Shown: positions 8,748 through 19,411 of the stretch, one piece after another
Position numbering within the stretch: position 1 is the first letter of the stretch
How the letters are laid out: each line of letters opens with the position of its first letter
Assembly (NCBI GenBank): GCA_963755075.1
Contig: CAVWKL010000115.1
Span: forward strand, 4,563 to 68,562
Source of the DNA: an uncultured Alphaproteobacteria bacterium
Lineage (GTDB): Bacteria > Pseudomonadota > Alphaproteobacteria > Rhizobiales > Beijerinckiaceae
Reading direction: 5' to 3'
Length of the DNA: 64,000 bases
Made by a program: the position numbers and the translations under genes
The notes under the pieces: generated by a model
Seen by the model: only the letters and a program-made list of their open reading frames with translations
The model's database searches: none
What the model was told of the DNA's origin: nothing

Positions 8748-11084
8748 ATGGCTGACGAACCGACGTTTCGCGTCGAGAAGTTGCCGTTCGGCATCGCCAG
8801 CGTAGGGCTCGGCGAGATGGAGCGGCGAATCCCAGCGGATGAGCCGCCGGCGCTTCGTCCCAACGCCGAGCTCACGGTGATCGGCAAGCCGATCCCGCGG
8901 CAAAACGCGCGCGGCAAGGTGACCGGCGCGACCCGCTACACTGTCGATGTCGCCCTGCCCGGCATGCTCTACGGCCGCATCCTGCGCTCGACCTGGCCGC
9001 ACGCCAGGATTCGCGCCCTCGATCTTGCCGCCGCCCAGCGCCATCCCGCCGTGCGCGCCGTGCTGGCGATCGCGCGGCCGGGCGATCCCGTGACCGGCGT
9101 CGTGCGCTATGTCGGCGCGCCGGTCGCCGCGATCGCCGCGAATTCGATGGCGGCGGCGCGGGAGGCGACGGCCCTGATCCGCGTCGACGCTCAGCCGCTG
9201 CCTTTCGTCGTCGATATGGAGGCGGCCAGGGCGCCGAACGCGCCGATCGTTCACGACGAAGCCTCCGCCCCCAGTGGCCACCCCTCCGGTTGGCCATCGC
9301 CGGCGGGTTTGCCGATCGAAGGCAATGTGCGCGGTCCCGCGGCTTTCAGCCGCGGCGACGCCGCGCAAGGCTTGGCGGACGCCGAAGTCGTCGTCGAGGG
9401 CGAATACCGCACGCACACCCAAACGCATTGTTGCCTCGAACCGCACGCGATCGTGGCGGATTGGCGGGACGACGGCCTGACCGTCTACATATCGACCCAG
9501 TACACAGCCGGAGTGCGGGAGGAGTTGGCGGAGGCGTTCGGCCTGTCGCTCGAGAACGTGCGCGTCATCGTCGACGGCATGGGCGGCGGCTTCGGCTCGA
9601 AGTCGTCGCTTGGCAATTACGGGCGGATCGCAGTGGCGCTCTCGCGACAGGCCAGGGCCCCGGTGCGCATCGCTCTCGAACGTCGCGAAGAGCAAATGGA
9701 CGCCGGCAACCGGCCGGAAACGTGGCAGCGTCTGCGCCTCGGCGCGCGCCGCGACGGTATGCTGACGGCGATCTCGCTGCAAAGCTTTGGTTCCGCCGGC
9801 GTGGCCGTCGGGGCCGGCGTCGGCAATTTCGCCCAAGGCCTTTACGCCTGCGCCAACTTCGAATCCGCCCAGCACGACGTCTTCATCAACGCCGGCCCGG
9901 GATCGGCGATGCGCGCCCCCGGCAATACGCCCGGCGCCTTCGCCATGGAGGCGGCGATCGACGAACTCGCCGAGCGCTTGGGACTGGATCCGCTGGCGCT
10001 GCGCGAGCGCAACGATCCGAGCCCGACGCGGCGCGAGGAACGGCGGCTCGGCGCGCTAAGGATCGGCTGGGAGCGACGGCGCGCGCCCGGCGCCGACGCG
10101 GGACCGATCAAGCGCGGCCTCGGCGTCGCCCAATCGCTGTGGGGCGCCAACGTCCAGATGCGTTCGTCCTGCGAAGTGCGCGTGAACCGCGACGGCGCAG
10201 TCGAGATCCTGTCAGGCGTGCAGGATATCGGCAGCGGCGTCGGCACGGTTATGGCGCAGACCGTCGCCGAAGTCTTCGGGTTGCGGCCCGAGGACATCGT
10301 CGTGCGCATCGGCGACACAGCCTTTCCGGTCGGGCCGCCTTCCTACGGCAGCCGCACGACGGCGTCGATCACGCCGCCGGCGCGCGTCGCCGCATGGCGC
10401 GTCTTGCAGGCCCTGTTGCGCGAGGCGGCCTTGCTGCTCAACGTCTCTGCCGACGATCTCGTGGCGCGCGACGGGCGCATCGCGGTTCGCAGCGACGCCA
10501 ATCGAAGCCTCGGCTTTCGCGAGGCGGCGATGCGCATGAGCGTCGATCGGATCAGCGCCACGGCCTCGCGCGGCGACGATTACGGCGGGTTCCGGCGGCG
10601 CACGCCCGAGGCCGCGATCGCCGATCAGGATCTCGGCGGCGTGCAGTTCGCTGAAGTGGCGGTCGACACGGAGACCGGGATCGTGCGCGTCGAGCGCGTG
10701 GTCGCGGCGCAAGACTGCGGTCGGCCGATGAACCCGCTGCTGCTCGAGAGCCAGGTGCACGGCGGCGTTCTCATGGGCCTTTCCTACGCCCTGTATGAAG
10801 AGCGCATTCTCGACTCCGCGAGCGGTCGAATGGTCAACGCCAACCTCGAGGCCTACAAACTCGCCGGGTCGCGCGAAACGCCGGCGATCGAAGTGATCCT
10901 GTTGGAGAACTATCGCGCCAACAGCGCCACTGACGCCTACGGCATCGCCGAGCCGTCCAATATCGCCACCGCGCCCGCCATCGCCAATGCGATCTACAAC
11001 GCGATCGGCGTGCGCGTTCGCAGCCTGCCGATGACTCCGTCGACGATCCTTCGGGCGCTCGGCAAGATCGACCAGCGGGGTTGA
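8748..11084 (+). CDS. Molybdopterin-binding subunit, xanthine dehydrogenase family (PaoC/YagR-like)
   Basis: KVTGATRY, GGGFGSK, AMRAPG, QDIGSG, EVAVDTETG, QVHGGVLMG and GIAEP. Confidence 0.92.
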   Translation: MADEPTFRVEKLPFGIASVGLGEMERRIPADEPPALRPNAELTVIGKPIPRQNARGKVTGATRYTVDVALPGMLYGRILRSTWPHARIRALDLAAAQRHPAVRAVLAIARPGDPVTGVVRYVGAPVAAIAANSMAAAREATALIRVDAQPLPFVVDMEAARAPNAPIVHDEASAPSGHPSGWPSPAGLPIEGNVRGPAAFSRGDAAQGLADAEVVVEGEYRTHTQTHCCLEPHAIVADWRDDGLTVYISTQYTAGVREELAEAFGLSLENVRVIVDGMGGGFGSKSSLGNYGRIAVALSRQARAPVRIALERREEQMDAGNRPETWQRLRLGARRDGMLTAISLQSFGSAGVAVGAGVGNFAQGLYACANFESAQHDVFINAGPGSAMRAPGNTPGAFAMEAAIDELAERLGLDPLALRERNDPSPTRREERRLGALRIGWERRRAPGADAGPIKRGLGVAQSLWGANVQMRSSCEVRVNRDGAVEILSGVQDIGSGVGTVMAQTVAEVFGLRPEDIVVRIGDTAFPVGPPSYGSRTTASITPPARVAAWRVLQALLREAALLLNVSADDLVARDGRIAVRSDANRSLGFREAAMRMSVDRISATASRGDDYGGFRRRTPEAAIADQDLGGVQFAEVAVDTETGIVRVERVVAAQDCGRPMNPLLLESQVHGGVLMGLSYALYEERILDSASGRMVNANLEAYKLAGSRETPAIEVILLENYRANSATDAYGIAEPSNIATAPAIANAIYNAIGVRVRSLPMTPSTILRALGKIDQRG

Positions 11085-11088
11085 GGCG

Positions 11089-12111
11089 ATGAAGAATTTT
11101 ACATGGGCGCCCGCGCAATCCCTCGCCGAAGCCGCCGCGGCGGCGGCGACCCTCGTCGTCGACGCGATGCTCGCGCCCGGCGACGCCGACGCTTCGATCG
11201 TCAAGGCCGGCGGCGTCGACATCATCGACCTGATGAAGGAGGATCTCATCGCACCGGCGACAGTGGTCAGCTTGCGGCAGACGCCGGGTCTCGACGCGAT
11301 CGAGTCCGGTGCGGACGGCTCGTTGCGCATCGGCGCCATGGTGACTCTGGCCCGCCTCGCCGATGACGAAAGCGCGCGAAGGCGTTTCCCCATGCTGACC
11401 GACGCGGTCGCGAGTTCCGCCAGCCCGCAAATCCGCAATGTCGCGACCTTGGGCGGCAACCTGCTGCAACGGCCGCGCTGCTGGTACTTCCGCTCTGCCG
11501 ATTTTCATTGCCTGCGCAAGGGCGGCGGGCATTGCTTCGCGATTCCCGGCGACAATCGCTATCATGCGATTTTCGACAATCGTCTATGCGCGATCGTCCA
11601 TCCCTCGACAGCGGCCACCGCGCTGGTCGCGCTCGGCGCCGCGATCGAGCTCGTCGACGCCGAAGGGGAAAAGCGCGAGATTCGGCTCGAAGACTTCTTC
11701 ATCTCGCCCGACCGCGACGTACAACGCGAAAACGATTTGAAGCCCCACGAGATTCTCACCGCGGTCCAAGTGCCGGCTCCGCCGGCGGGCGCGCGCATGG
11801 CGCACGTGAAAATCGCCGAGAAGGCGTCGTTCGATTGGCCGCTCGCCGACGTCGCCGCGCTCCTCGACTTGGGCGCGGACGGGCGCTGCGCGCGCGCTTC
11901 GATCGTTCTCGGCACGGCGGCGCCGACGCCGCGCCGGGCGAAGTCCGCCGAGGCTCTGCTCGTCGGCCAGCGCATCGACGAAACCGTCGCCGCGGCGGCC
12001 GGACGGGCCGCGATCGGAGGCGCCGCGCCGCTCGCGGGCAACGCCTACAAGCTGCCGCTGTTCGAGACGGCGGTGCGCCGCGCGATTCTCAAGGCCGTCG
12101 CCGCCGGATGA
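11089..12111 (+). CDS. FAD-binding subunit (PaoB/YagS-like) with 4Fe-4S insertion
   Basis: KAGGVDIIDLMK, ASPQIRNVATLGGNLLQRPRCWYFR..C.RKGG..C and CAIVHPS. Confidence 0.9.
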   Translation: MKNFTWAPAQSLAEAAAAAATLVVDAMLAPGDADASIVKAGGVDIIDLMKEDLIAPATVVSLRQTPGLDAIESGADGSLRIGAMVTLARLADDESARRRFPMLTDAVASSASPQIRNVATLGGNLLQRPRCWYFRSADFHCLRKGGGHCFAIPGDNRYHAIFDNRLCAIVHPSTAATALVALGAAIELVDAEGEKREIRLEDFFISPDRDVQRENDLKPHEILTAVQVPAPPAGARMAHVKIAEKASFDWPLADVAALLDLGADGRCARASIVLGTAAPTPRRAKSAEALLVGQRIDETVAAAAGRAAIGGAAPLAGNAYKLPLFETAVRRAILKAVAAG

Positions 12112-12223
12112 AAGGCACGGAGGTGAGAGCGTCGCTCGGATGATGAAGGCCTCGAGCGAGAGATTCGCGACGTTCGCGCAACCCGTCGAATTGCTCGCCT
12201 GAGCCGATGAAGGGGAGCGGAAG

Positions 12224-13180
12224 ATGAGAAAGATCGCCCTCGAAGAGCATTTCACCCGGCCTGAATTGTCGCCCTATGCGCATTACGCGGGCTCGACCGC
12301 GCGATCGCCGGCGTTCGCGCGCTTTCAGGAGCGTCTGCTCGATTTTGGCGAGCTACGGCTCGAGGCGATGGATGAGGCGGGCATTGAGACGGCCGTCCTT
12401 TCGGTGGCGACGCCGGGCGTGCAGGGGGAGCCCGAAACGAATGTCGCGATCAAGCGCGCTCGCATCGAGAACGACTTCCTGGCGCGCGAGATCACCAAGC
12501 ATCCCACCCGTTACGCCGGCTTCGCCCATCTGCCGCTGCAGGACGCCGAGGCCGCCGCCGACGAACTCTCGCGCTGCGTCGAACAGCTCGAATTCAAGGG
12601 CGCGATGGTCAACGGCCACACCAACGGCCGCTATCTCGATGAGCGGAGCTACGATCCGTTCTGGGAGCGGGTCGAGGCGCTTGGCGTTCCGATCTATCTG
12701 CATCCGCGCGATCCCTTCGATGCGCCGCATATGTTCGCCGGCCATCGCGAGCTATTGGGCGCGACTTGGAGCTGGACGGTGGAGACGGCGACGCACGCGC
12801 TGCGCTTGGTTTTCGGCGGGGTGTTCGATCGCCATCCCAAAGCGAGGCTGATCCTCGGCCATATGGGCGAGACCCTGCCCTACCTGCTTTGGCGGCTCGA
12901 CAGCCGCTCGCGCGCGCGAGCCGAGGGGGAGGAAGCCGCCGGGCAGGCGCCCTCGCAGATCATCCGCGACAACATTCTCATCACCACATCAGGGGTTTGT
13001 TCGCATGCCGCGCTCGCCTGCGCGCTCGCCGCGCTCGGCGAGGACAGCGTGATGTTCTCCGTCGACTATCCCTTCGAGGATTGCGCGGTCGCGGCGAAGT
13101 TCATCGAGTTGGCGCCGCTTTCCGAGGTGGCGCGCGCCAAGGTCTGCCACGGCACGGCGCGGCGCCTATTGGGCTTGTAG
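12224..13180 (+). CDS. Amidohydrolase_2 family protein, non-oxidative aromatic acid decarboxylase-like
   Basis: KIALEEHF, PIYLHP, ILGHMGETLP, ITTSG and MFSVDYPFE, as in gamma-resorcylate/2,3-dihydroxybenzoate decarboxylases. Confidence 0.85.
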   Translation: MRKIALEEHFTRPELSPYAHYAGSTARSPAFARFQERLLDFGELRLEAMDEAGIETAVLSVATPGVQGEPETNVAIKRARIENDFLAREITKHPTRYAGFAHLPLQDAEAAADELSRCVEQLEFKGAMVNGHTNGRYLDERSYDPFWERVEALGVPIYLHPRDPFDAPHMFAGHRELLGATWSWTVETATHALRLVFGGVFDRHPKARLILGHMGETLPYLLWRLDSRSRARAEGEEAAGQAPSQIIRDNILITTSGVCSHAALACALAALGEDSVMFSVDYPFEDCAVAAKFIELAPLSEVARAKVCHGTARRLLGL

Positions 13181-13279
13181 CGGCGCGCCGCGCCGCTATC
13201 GATCGTTGATGCAAATCAGTCCTCGCCGATGCAACTGCGGTAAATGGATTGGAATCAGAAATATCAGGGCTCGCGGGGG

Positions 13280-14526
13280 ATGAACGAGCAGGTTGGCGCG
13301 AAGGTGGCGGCGCAAGCGCCCTCGCCACCTTCGCGAACGGCGGCGCGGCGGCGGCGATGGGCCTTGCAGGGCTCCTCCTAATTCTGGTTCTGATTGGCGC
13401 CGGCGCGGCATGGCGAATGTTGAATGGCGCGCCATCGGTGACCTACGCGACCCAACCGGTCACGCGCGGAACCGTCGCCAAGACGGTCACCGCAACCGGG
13501 ACGGTCAATCCCATCCTGACGATCATCGTCGGCAGCTACGTCTCCGGCGTTATTCAGCATTTGTCGTGCGATTTCAATACGCCGGTCAAAACCGGGCAAG
13601 TCTGCGCCAAGATCGATCCCCGGCCCTATCAAGCCGTCGTCGACCAGGCGACGGCCAACCTCGCGGTGGCCAAGGCCCAGCTCGCGAAGGACGAAGCGAA
13701 CCTCGCTTATACTGAACTCGCCAATCAGCGCGATCAGACGTTGCTGAAGCAGGACTCGGTGTCGAAGGACGTGGCTGACCAGGCAAAGAGCGCGTTCGAC
13801 CAAGCCACCGCGCAGGTCGGCCTCGATGCGGCCAGCATCCAGCAGGTCCAAGCCGCGCTGGACGCGGCCAAGCTCAATCTCGGCTACACCGACATCACGG
13901 CCCCGGTCGACGGCATCGTCGTTTCGCGCAACGTGACGCAGGGCCAGACGGTGGCCTCGAGCCTCCAGACGCCGACCCTGTTCCTCATCGCCACCGATCT
14001 CAAGGCGATGCAGATCGACACCAATGTGAGCGAAAGCGACGTCGGCGGCGTCAAAGAGGGAGACACGGCGAGCTTCACCGTCGACGCCTATCCCAAGCGG
14101 GTATTCCGCGGCAAGGTGACTCAGGTCCGCGTCAATCCTCAGACCGTGCAGAATGTCGTGACATACGACGCGGTGATCGGCGCGGCCAACGACGATCTGG
14201 CGCTGCTGCCGGGCATGACGGCCTCAACGAGCACCATCGTCGACCAACGCCTCGATGCGCTGCGCGTGCCCGATCAGGCGCTGCGCTACGTCCCCGGCGG
14301 TCTTCCCAAAGCCGAGACAAGCGAGGTCGCCGCGACGAACGAATCCGCGCGCGTCTGGGTGCTGCGCGACGGCAAGCCGGCGCCGATCGACGTCACGACC
14401 GGGCTCGACGACGACAGTTTCACCGAAATCATCGAAGGCGGCATCAACCCGGGCGACATGGTCATTCTCTCCGAGGATCGCGGCGCGGCCGGAGCCAAGT
14501 CGGGAACGTCGATGCCGCGCCTGTGA
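13280..14526 (+). CDS. MacA-type efflux periplasmic adaptor; true start probably 13280 with a 1-nt frameshift near 13362 (in-frame alternative start 13357)
   Basis: VTATGTVNP, GSYVSG, TDITAPVDGIVVSRNV..GQTVA and FTVDAYP. The upstream frame MNEQVG...RRRRWA joins naturally to the hydrophobic LAGLLLIL segment. Confidence 0.85.
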
Positions 14527-14556
14527 AGCCGACGCGGAGCCCGTGAAGGATCGGCG

Positions 14557-16671
14557 ATGCCCGACGAGATCCTCAGAATCGAAAACGTGACGCGGACGTT
14601 CGTCGTCGGCGACACGGAGGTGCGGGCGCTGAGGGGCGTCAGCCTGACGATCGAGCGCGGCGAGTTCGTCGCCATCATGGGGTCGTCGGGGTCGGGCAAA
14701 TCGACGCTGATGGCGATCCTGGGCTGTCTCGATCGTCCGACGAGCGGCCGGTACTTCCTCGCCGGCGTCGACGTCGCTGGGCTCAAGGAGCCGGAACTCG
14801 CCCGCATCCGCGGTTCGCGGCTCGGCTTCGTCTTCCAGAGCTTCAATCTCCTGGCGCGAACCAGCGCCGTCGATAACGTCGGCCTTCCCCTCTACTACGC
14901 GCCGACCGGCCCGGCGAGCCGCAAGGCGCGGGTCGAACGGGCGCGCCGAGCGCTTCAGCTGCTCGGCCTCGGCGAACGCGAGCGCAACACGCCGAGCCAG
15001 CTCTCGGGCGGCCAGCAACAGCGCGTCGCCATCGCGCGCGCGTTGATCAACGCGCCGAGCCTGTTGCTCGCCGACGAGCCGACGGGCAATCTCGACACGC
15101 GCACTTCGCACGAAATCATGGAGACCCTGGTGGCGCTCAACCGCGACCAGGGCGTGACCGTCGTCGTCGTCACCCACGAATCCGACATCGCCGGCTATGC
15201 GCAACGCGTCGTCACCATGCGTGACGGCCTCATCCTGTCCGACGAGCGCGCCGCCAAGGCGGCGCTTTCATCGCCGGCGCCGGAGCGCGATCGAGGCGCT
15301 GCAAGCGCGGCGCCGCTTCATCGCGAGGAAGCAAGCGCGACCGGGATTCCCGCGGGGCGGTCGTGGGCTTTCGGCCTGATGATCCTCGCCGCGGCGGCGC
15401 AAGCGATCGGACGCAATGTGATGCGCTCCGCGCTCACCATGCTCGGCGTATTCATCGGCGTCGCCGCGCTGATCGTCATGGTCGCCGTCGGCGAGGGCGC
15501 CAACGACGCGGTGCGCAAGCAGATCGAGAATCTGGGAACCAACGTGGTGGTGATCCTGCCCGGCGCGGTCGTCACCGGGGGCATGCGCGCCGGCTTCGGC
15601 AGCGCCAGCACGCTCACGGTCGAGGACGCGCACGCGATCCGGCGCGAGGACCCGCGGTGGCGCGAAGTCGGCTATCTCATTCGCCAGCAGGGGCAAACGC
15701 ACTATGCCAACCAGAACTGGACGACGATGATCCAGGGCGTCAGCGCCAATTACCCGCCGATCACCAACTGGCGAATCGCGGCGGGCCGGGGACTGACGCG
15801 AGACGACGAGAACAAGGCCAATCTCGTCGTCCTTATCGGGCAAACCGTCTATCGCCAGCTGTTCGCGTCAGGCGAAAACCCTTTGGGCGCCTTCATCCAG
15901 GTGCGCAGCGTGCCCCTGCGCGTCGTCGGCGTCCTCGCCGCCAAGGGCCAGTCCGCCTTCGGCCAGGACCAGGACGATCTCGTGATGACGCCGTTCACGA
16001 CCGCGGAACGCAAAGTGCTCGGCGTCGCGGCGCCCACGCAGGCGCAGGCGCAGAACAACTGGCCCTATTTGCCGCCGCCTAACCCCTACAATCTGACGCC
16101 ACGCCTGACCGGCTACGCCAACATGATCTACGTCCAAGCGACGAGCCAGAATCAGGTGACGGCGGCCGTCGCCGAGGCGACCCGGACGCTGACGCTCCGC
16201 CATCGCATCAAGTCGGGCGAAATCAAGGATTTCGACGTGCGCAACCTCAGCCAGTTCGCCGAGACCGCGGAGAACAGCAGTCAAATCATGGCGCTGCTGT
16301 TGGCCTCGGTGGCATCGATTTCGTTGCTGGTCGGCGGCATCGGCATCATGAACATCCTGCTCGTCTCGGTCACCGAGCGCACGCGCGAAATCGGCCTGCG
16401 CATGGCGATCGGCGCGCGCCGGCTGCATGTTCTGCTGCAATTCCTGGCCGAAGCGGTGTTCCTCAGCGTGAGCGGCGGCGTCGCCGGCATCGTCGCCGGC
16501 GTCGCGGTCACCGCCGGGATTTCCTTGATTTTCGGCTGGCCGGCGCCGATTTCCCTGACCGCGATCGCCGGCGGATTTCTGTTCTCCGCGGCGGTCGGCA
16601 TTTTCTTCGGCTACTACCCCGCGCGAAAGGCCGCCCGGCTCGATCCGATCGAAGCGCTGCGCTACGAGTGA
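14557..16671 (+). CDS. MacB-type ABC transporter (ATPase-permease fusion)
   Basis: GSSGSGKS Walker A, LSGGQQQRV, LLADEPTGNLD, MNILLVSVTERTREIGLR and LDPIEALRYE. Confidence 0.93.
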   Translation: MPDEILRIENVTRTFVVGDTEVRALRGVSLTIERGEFVAIMGSSGSGKSTLMAILGCLDRPTSGRYFLAGVDVAGLKEPELARIRGSRLGFVFQSFNLLARTSAVDNVGLPLYYAPTGPASRKARVERARRALQLLGLGERERNTPSQLSGGQQQRVAIARALINAPSLLLADEPTGNLDTRTSHEIMETLVALNRDQGVTVVVVTHESDIAGYAQRVVTMRDGLILSDERAAKAALSSPAPERDRGAASAAPLHREEASATGIPAGRSWAFGLMILAAAAQAIGRNVMRSALTMLGVFIGVAALIVMVAVGEGANDAVRKQIENLGTNVVVILPGAVVTGGMRAGFGSASTLTVEDAHAIRREDPRWREVGYLIRQQGQTHYANQNWTTMIQGVSANYPPITNWRIAAGRGLTRDDENKANLVVLIGQTVYRQLFASGENPLGAFIQVRSVPLRVVGVLAAKGQSAFGQDQDDLVMTPFTTAERKVLGVAAPTQAQAQNNWPYLPPPNPYNLTPRLTGYANMIYVQATSQNQVTAAVAEATRTLTLRHRIKSGEIKDFDVRNLSQFAETAENSSQIMALLLASVASISLLVGGIGIMNILLVSVTERTREIGLRMAIGARRLHVLLQFLAEAVFLSVSGGVAGIVAGVAVTAGISLIFGWPAPISLTAIAGGFLFSAAVGIFFGYYPARKAARLDPIEALRYE

Positions 16672-16672
16672 C

Positions 16673-16690
16673 GCGGCGACGGATCGCCGC
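16673..16690. terminator. Hairpin between convergent genes
   Basis: GCGGCGA-CGGA-TCGCCGC immediately after the macB stop. Confidence 0.45.
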
Positions 16691-16699
16691 CGCCTTTGG

Positions 16700-17176
16700 T
16701 CAACGGCCCATGCGCAGCGTCATCGAAGCGACGCCGGCGGCGAGGGCCACGCCGGACTGAACTTCGACGGACAGGGGTTGCAAGGTGAACGAACGATCGA
16801 AGCCGCCGACCAGCGCGTTCGCGCCAAGCCCCGCGCCGACGGTGACCGAGGCGTCGGCCCCGATATAGTCGCCCGCCAGCGCTCCGCGCCGCGGGCCGGC
16901 GGTCGGCGCGAACACCGCCCAGGCCAGGACGCCCCGGCCGGTCTGTCCGATATCGAGGCCAAATTTCCGGATCGTTCCGTAATAACTCTCCGTGTAGCCA
17001 TGCGACGAGGTGTAGACGCATCGCATGTCCTTGGCGGAGGTGATGATCAGGCCCAATCCGCCGGCGACGTCGCACCGCAGCGTGCCGACCTTGACGTTGG
17101 ATTGGGCCAGCGCGGGTTGCGCGAGGGCGGACAGCGCCGTCAGGGCAATCGCCAAAATCGGGACGCGGACGTTCAT
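16700..17176 (-). CDS. DUF992 family secreted protein
   Basis: Signal peptide (…ALA|QS), VGTLRCDV..G.GLII.S...M.C, YYGTIRKFGLDIG, GANALVGG and LQPLSVE. Confidence 0.85.
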   Translation of the reverse strand: MNVRVPILAIALTALSALAQPALAQSNVKVGTLRCDVAGGLGLIITSAKDMRCVYTSSHGYTESYYGTIRKFGLDIGQTGRGVLAWAVFAPTAGPRRGALAGDYIGADASVTVGAGLGANALVGGFDRSFTLQPLSVEVQSGVALAAGVASMTLRMGR

Positions 17177-17463
17177 CTCTGGTCTCCTCTCGCTCAGTTG
17201 ATGCACGAACCCGCCCATGGCGAAACGCTCGCGCTCACGATTCGACATATACTCGTTCGCAAGGCCGGCGCCGAGAGTTGCGATCGGAACCTTGGGGCGA
17301 ACGGGCTCGGCGGCGCGGCTTCGATCAGAATAGATGCGCGCGCCGACGCGGATCAGGGTTGATCGGCGGCAAATCCCGCATAGATGATGGGCTCGGCTTT
17401 GGCGCCAATTCAATGGATCGGTTGCGAATGGAGCGCCCTGTGTGTCGCCTCGCCGAGGCGTCG

Positions 17464-17997
17464 ATGGGCGCCTCGCTTCTGAAATTTGCCGCGGTTTCGA
17501 TTGTCGCGCTTGGTCTCGCCGCGCATGCCTTCGCGGCGCCCTCCAGCGGCGGTTATGCGCCGAGCCGATCCAATCCATCCGGAGGCGCCATTTGGATCCC
17601 CGGCCCCTCGTCGCACGTCGGCGCCCCACCCTCGCATGGCAATTCCTTTCCGCGTGAAGATTATTCTGCGCCGAACGGCGCAAAGCCTCAGGAGACCTTC
17701 GTCCCGCCAGCCGGCGCCTCTCCGCTCAGCGGCGTAAAGTCCAAAGGGAACTCCATCCTGCCCAGCGGCGTCTCGCAGTTTGCAGGCCCGCGACGCCATG
17801 AGGATCTCGCATGGCTTCGCCGCCATCACCGGGGCCGAGGCGTTACGATCACCCCCGGCGTTTTCGGCTACGACGATTATGACAATGGCGAATATGATTA
17901 CGACGACAACGCCTGTTGGGTCTATCGCCGCGCTTTCAATCGGTATGGCAGGTCGATCGGCTGGCGGCGTATCGACGTTTGTCAGGGCGTTCAGTAG
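17464..17997 (+). CDS. Hypothetical secreted protein (Pro/Gly-rich, C-terminal two-Cys motif)
   Basis: Signal peptide (…AFA|AP) and C-terminal CWVYRR...G..IGWRRIDVC. Confidence 0.6.
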   Translation: MGASLLKFAAVSIVALGLAAHAFAAPSSGGYAPSRSNPSGGAIWIPGPSSHVGAPPSHGNSFPREDYSAPNGAKPQETFVPPAGASPLSGVKSKGNSILPSGVSQFAGPRRHEDLAWLRRHHRGRGVTITPGVFGYDDYDNGEYDYDDNACWVYRRAFNRYGRSIGWRRIDVCQGVQ

Positions 17998-18038
17998 TTC
18001 GTGAGCGGATCGTCGGCCCGGACGCGGCATTACGCCGT

Positions 18039-18656
18039 TCAGCGCCCCTCCCCTCCCGGCGGGCGCGCGAGAGCGATCAGTTTTTCGACCACGGCGTAGT
18101 CCTGATAGCCGCAGCGCGCCAGCGGCTGGGCGCCGGCGGTGTCGAAGCGGCCTGCACGGATGAGCGCATCGTCGATATGGAACGCGACGACCTCGCCGAG
18201 CACAAGATAATTGTCGAGCGTCTCGCCGTGACGATCCTTCAGCCTCACCACGTCGACGACCTTGCATTCCATCGCCGCCCGGCATTCGGCGACGCGCGGC
18301 GCGCTCACCAGCCGGCAGGGGGCCATCGTCAGCCCAGCATGAACAAACTCGTTTTGCCCGCGCGGCAAAGGCGCCGAGGTGGCGCTGATCGCCTGCATGA
18401 GATCGTGGCTAGCGAGATTGGCGACGAACTCGCCGCTCTCGCGCGCGAACGAGGCGGAGTCCTTCAGCCCCTCGCTGGAGAAGCCGACGATCGGGGGGAC
18501 CGAGGAAAATGCATTGAAGAAGCTGTAGGGCGCCAGATTGATCCGTCCGTCGGCGCTGCGCGTCGAGATCCAGCCGATCGGGCGCGGGGCGACGATTGCC
18601 TTGAAGGGATCGTGGGGCAACAGGTTGTTGTCGCGGTGGCGCGTTTCATAAAACAT
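18039..18656 (-). CDS. Flavin reductase family protein
   Basis: HDPFKAIVAPRPIGWIST, NLAPYSFFNA and PLARCGY. Confidence 0.9.
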   Translation of the reverse strand: MFYETRHRDNNLLPHDPFKAIVAPRPIGWISTRSADGRINLAPYSFFNAFSSVPPIVGFSSEGLKDSASFARESGEFVANLASHDLMQAISATSAPLPRGQNEFVHAGLTMAPCRLVSAPRVAECRAAMECKVVDVVRLKDRHGETLDNYLVLGEVVAFHIDDALIRAGRFDTAGAQPLARCGYQDYAVVEKLIALARPPGGEGR

Positions 18657-18668
18657 GGCGAAATCCCA

Positions 18669-19238
18669 TCAAGCCGCAAAGACGGTCACGATGTCCCCAA
18701 GCGCGGGCCGTGGGCGATCCTCCATGACGAGCTTCGGCCGACCGATGTGGACGAAGCCAGCGATGCGCTCATGCTCGGCGAGGCCGATCGCCGCGCCGAA
18801 GCGCCGATCGTAGGCGCACCATCCGGTAACCCAGCCCGAGACGTAACCGAGCGCGTTGGCGGCGATCGTCAGATTCATGCACGCCGCTCCCGCCGAAAGC
18901 GCTTGCTCCCATTCGGGGATCTTTGCGTGCGGCGCGGCGCGGGAAACGACCGCGACGACCAACGGCGCGTGCGAAAAACGCAAGCGCTCGGCCGACCGCC
19001 CGACGTCGTCGAGAGCGGGATCGTCGGCGAGCTTGAGCTCGAGCGCGATGCGCCCGGCCCGGTCGCGCGCGCCGCCTTCGAAGAGGATGAACCGCCACGG
19101 CGCGAGCTTGCCGTGATCAGGCACGCGCGAGGCGATTCGCAGCAAAGTCTCGACCTCCGCGGCGCTCGGCCCGGGACCTGTGATATTCGGCGGCGCGAGC
19201 GAGCGGCGGCGCTCGAGCAGGGCGATCGTTTCGTTCAT
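18669..19238 (-). CDS. Nitroreductase (YdjA-like)
   Basis: RRS, RVPDHGKLAPWRF, KIPEWEQALSAGA and AGFVHIG. Confidence 0.9.
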   Translation of the reverse strand: MNETIALLERRRSLAPPNITGPGPSAAEVETLLRIASRVPDHGKLAPWRFILFEGGARDRAGRIALELKLADDPALDDVGRSAERLRFSHAPLVVAVVSRAAPHAKIPEWEQALSAGAACMNLTIAANALGYVSGWVTGWCAYDRRFGAAIGLAEHERIAGFVHIGRPKLVMEDRPRPALGDIVTVFAA

Positions 19239-19411
19239 GGCTCCCATCCGTTGCGAAGCGGCTTGTCCGCGTGGAGGCGGCGCGATCCCTCCATGCCGAG
19301 ATTCCCGCGCCGAGTAAATCGCCCTCGAACCGCCCCATTGTCACGGCACGAGCCAGCGCGGGCGCAATAAGGATTGACCGGCGCCTTCGATCGCGGCAAG
19401 GCATCTCGCGC

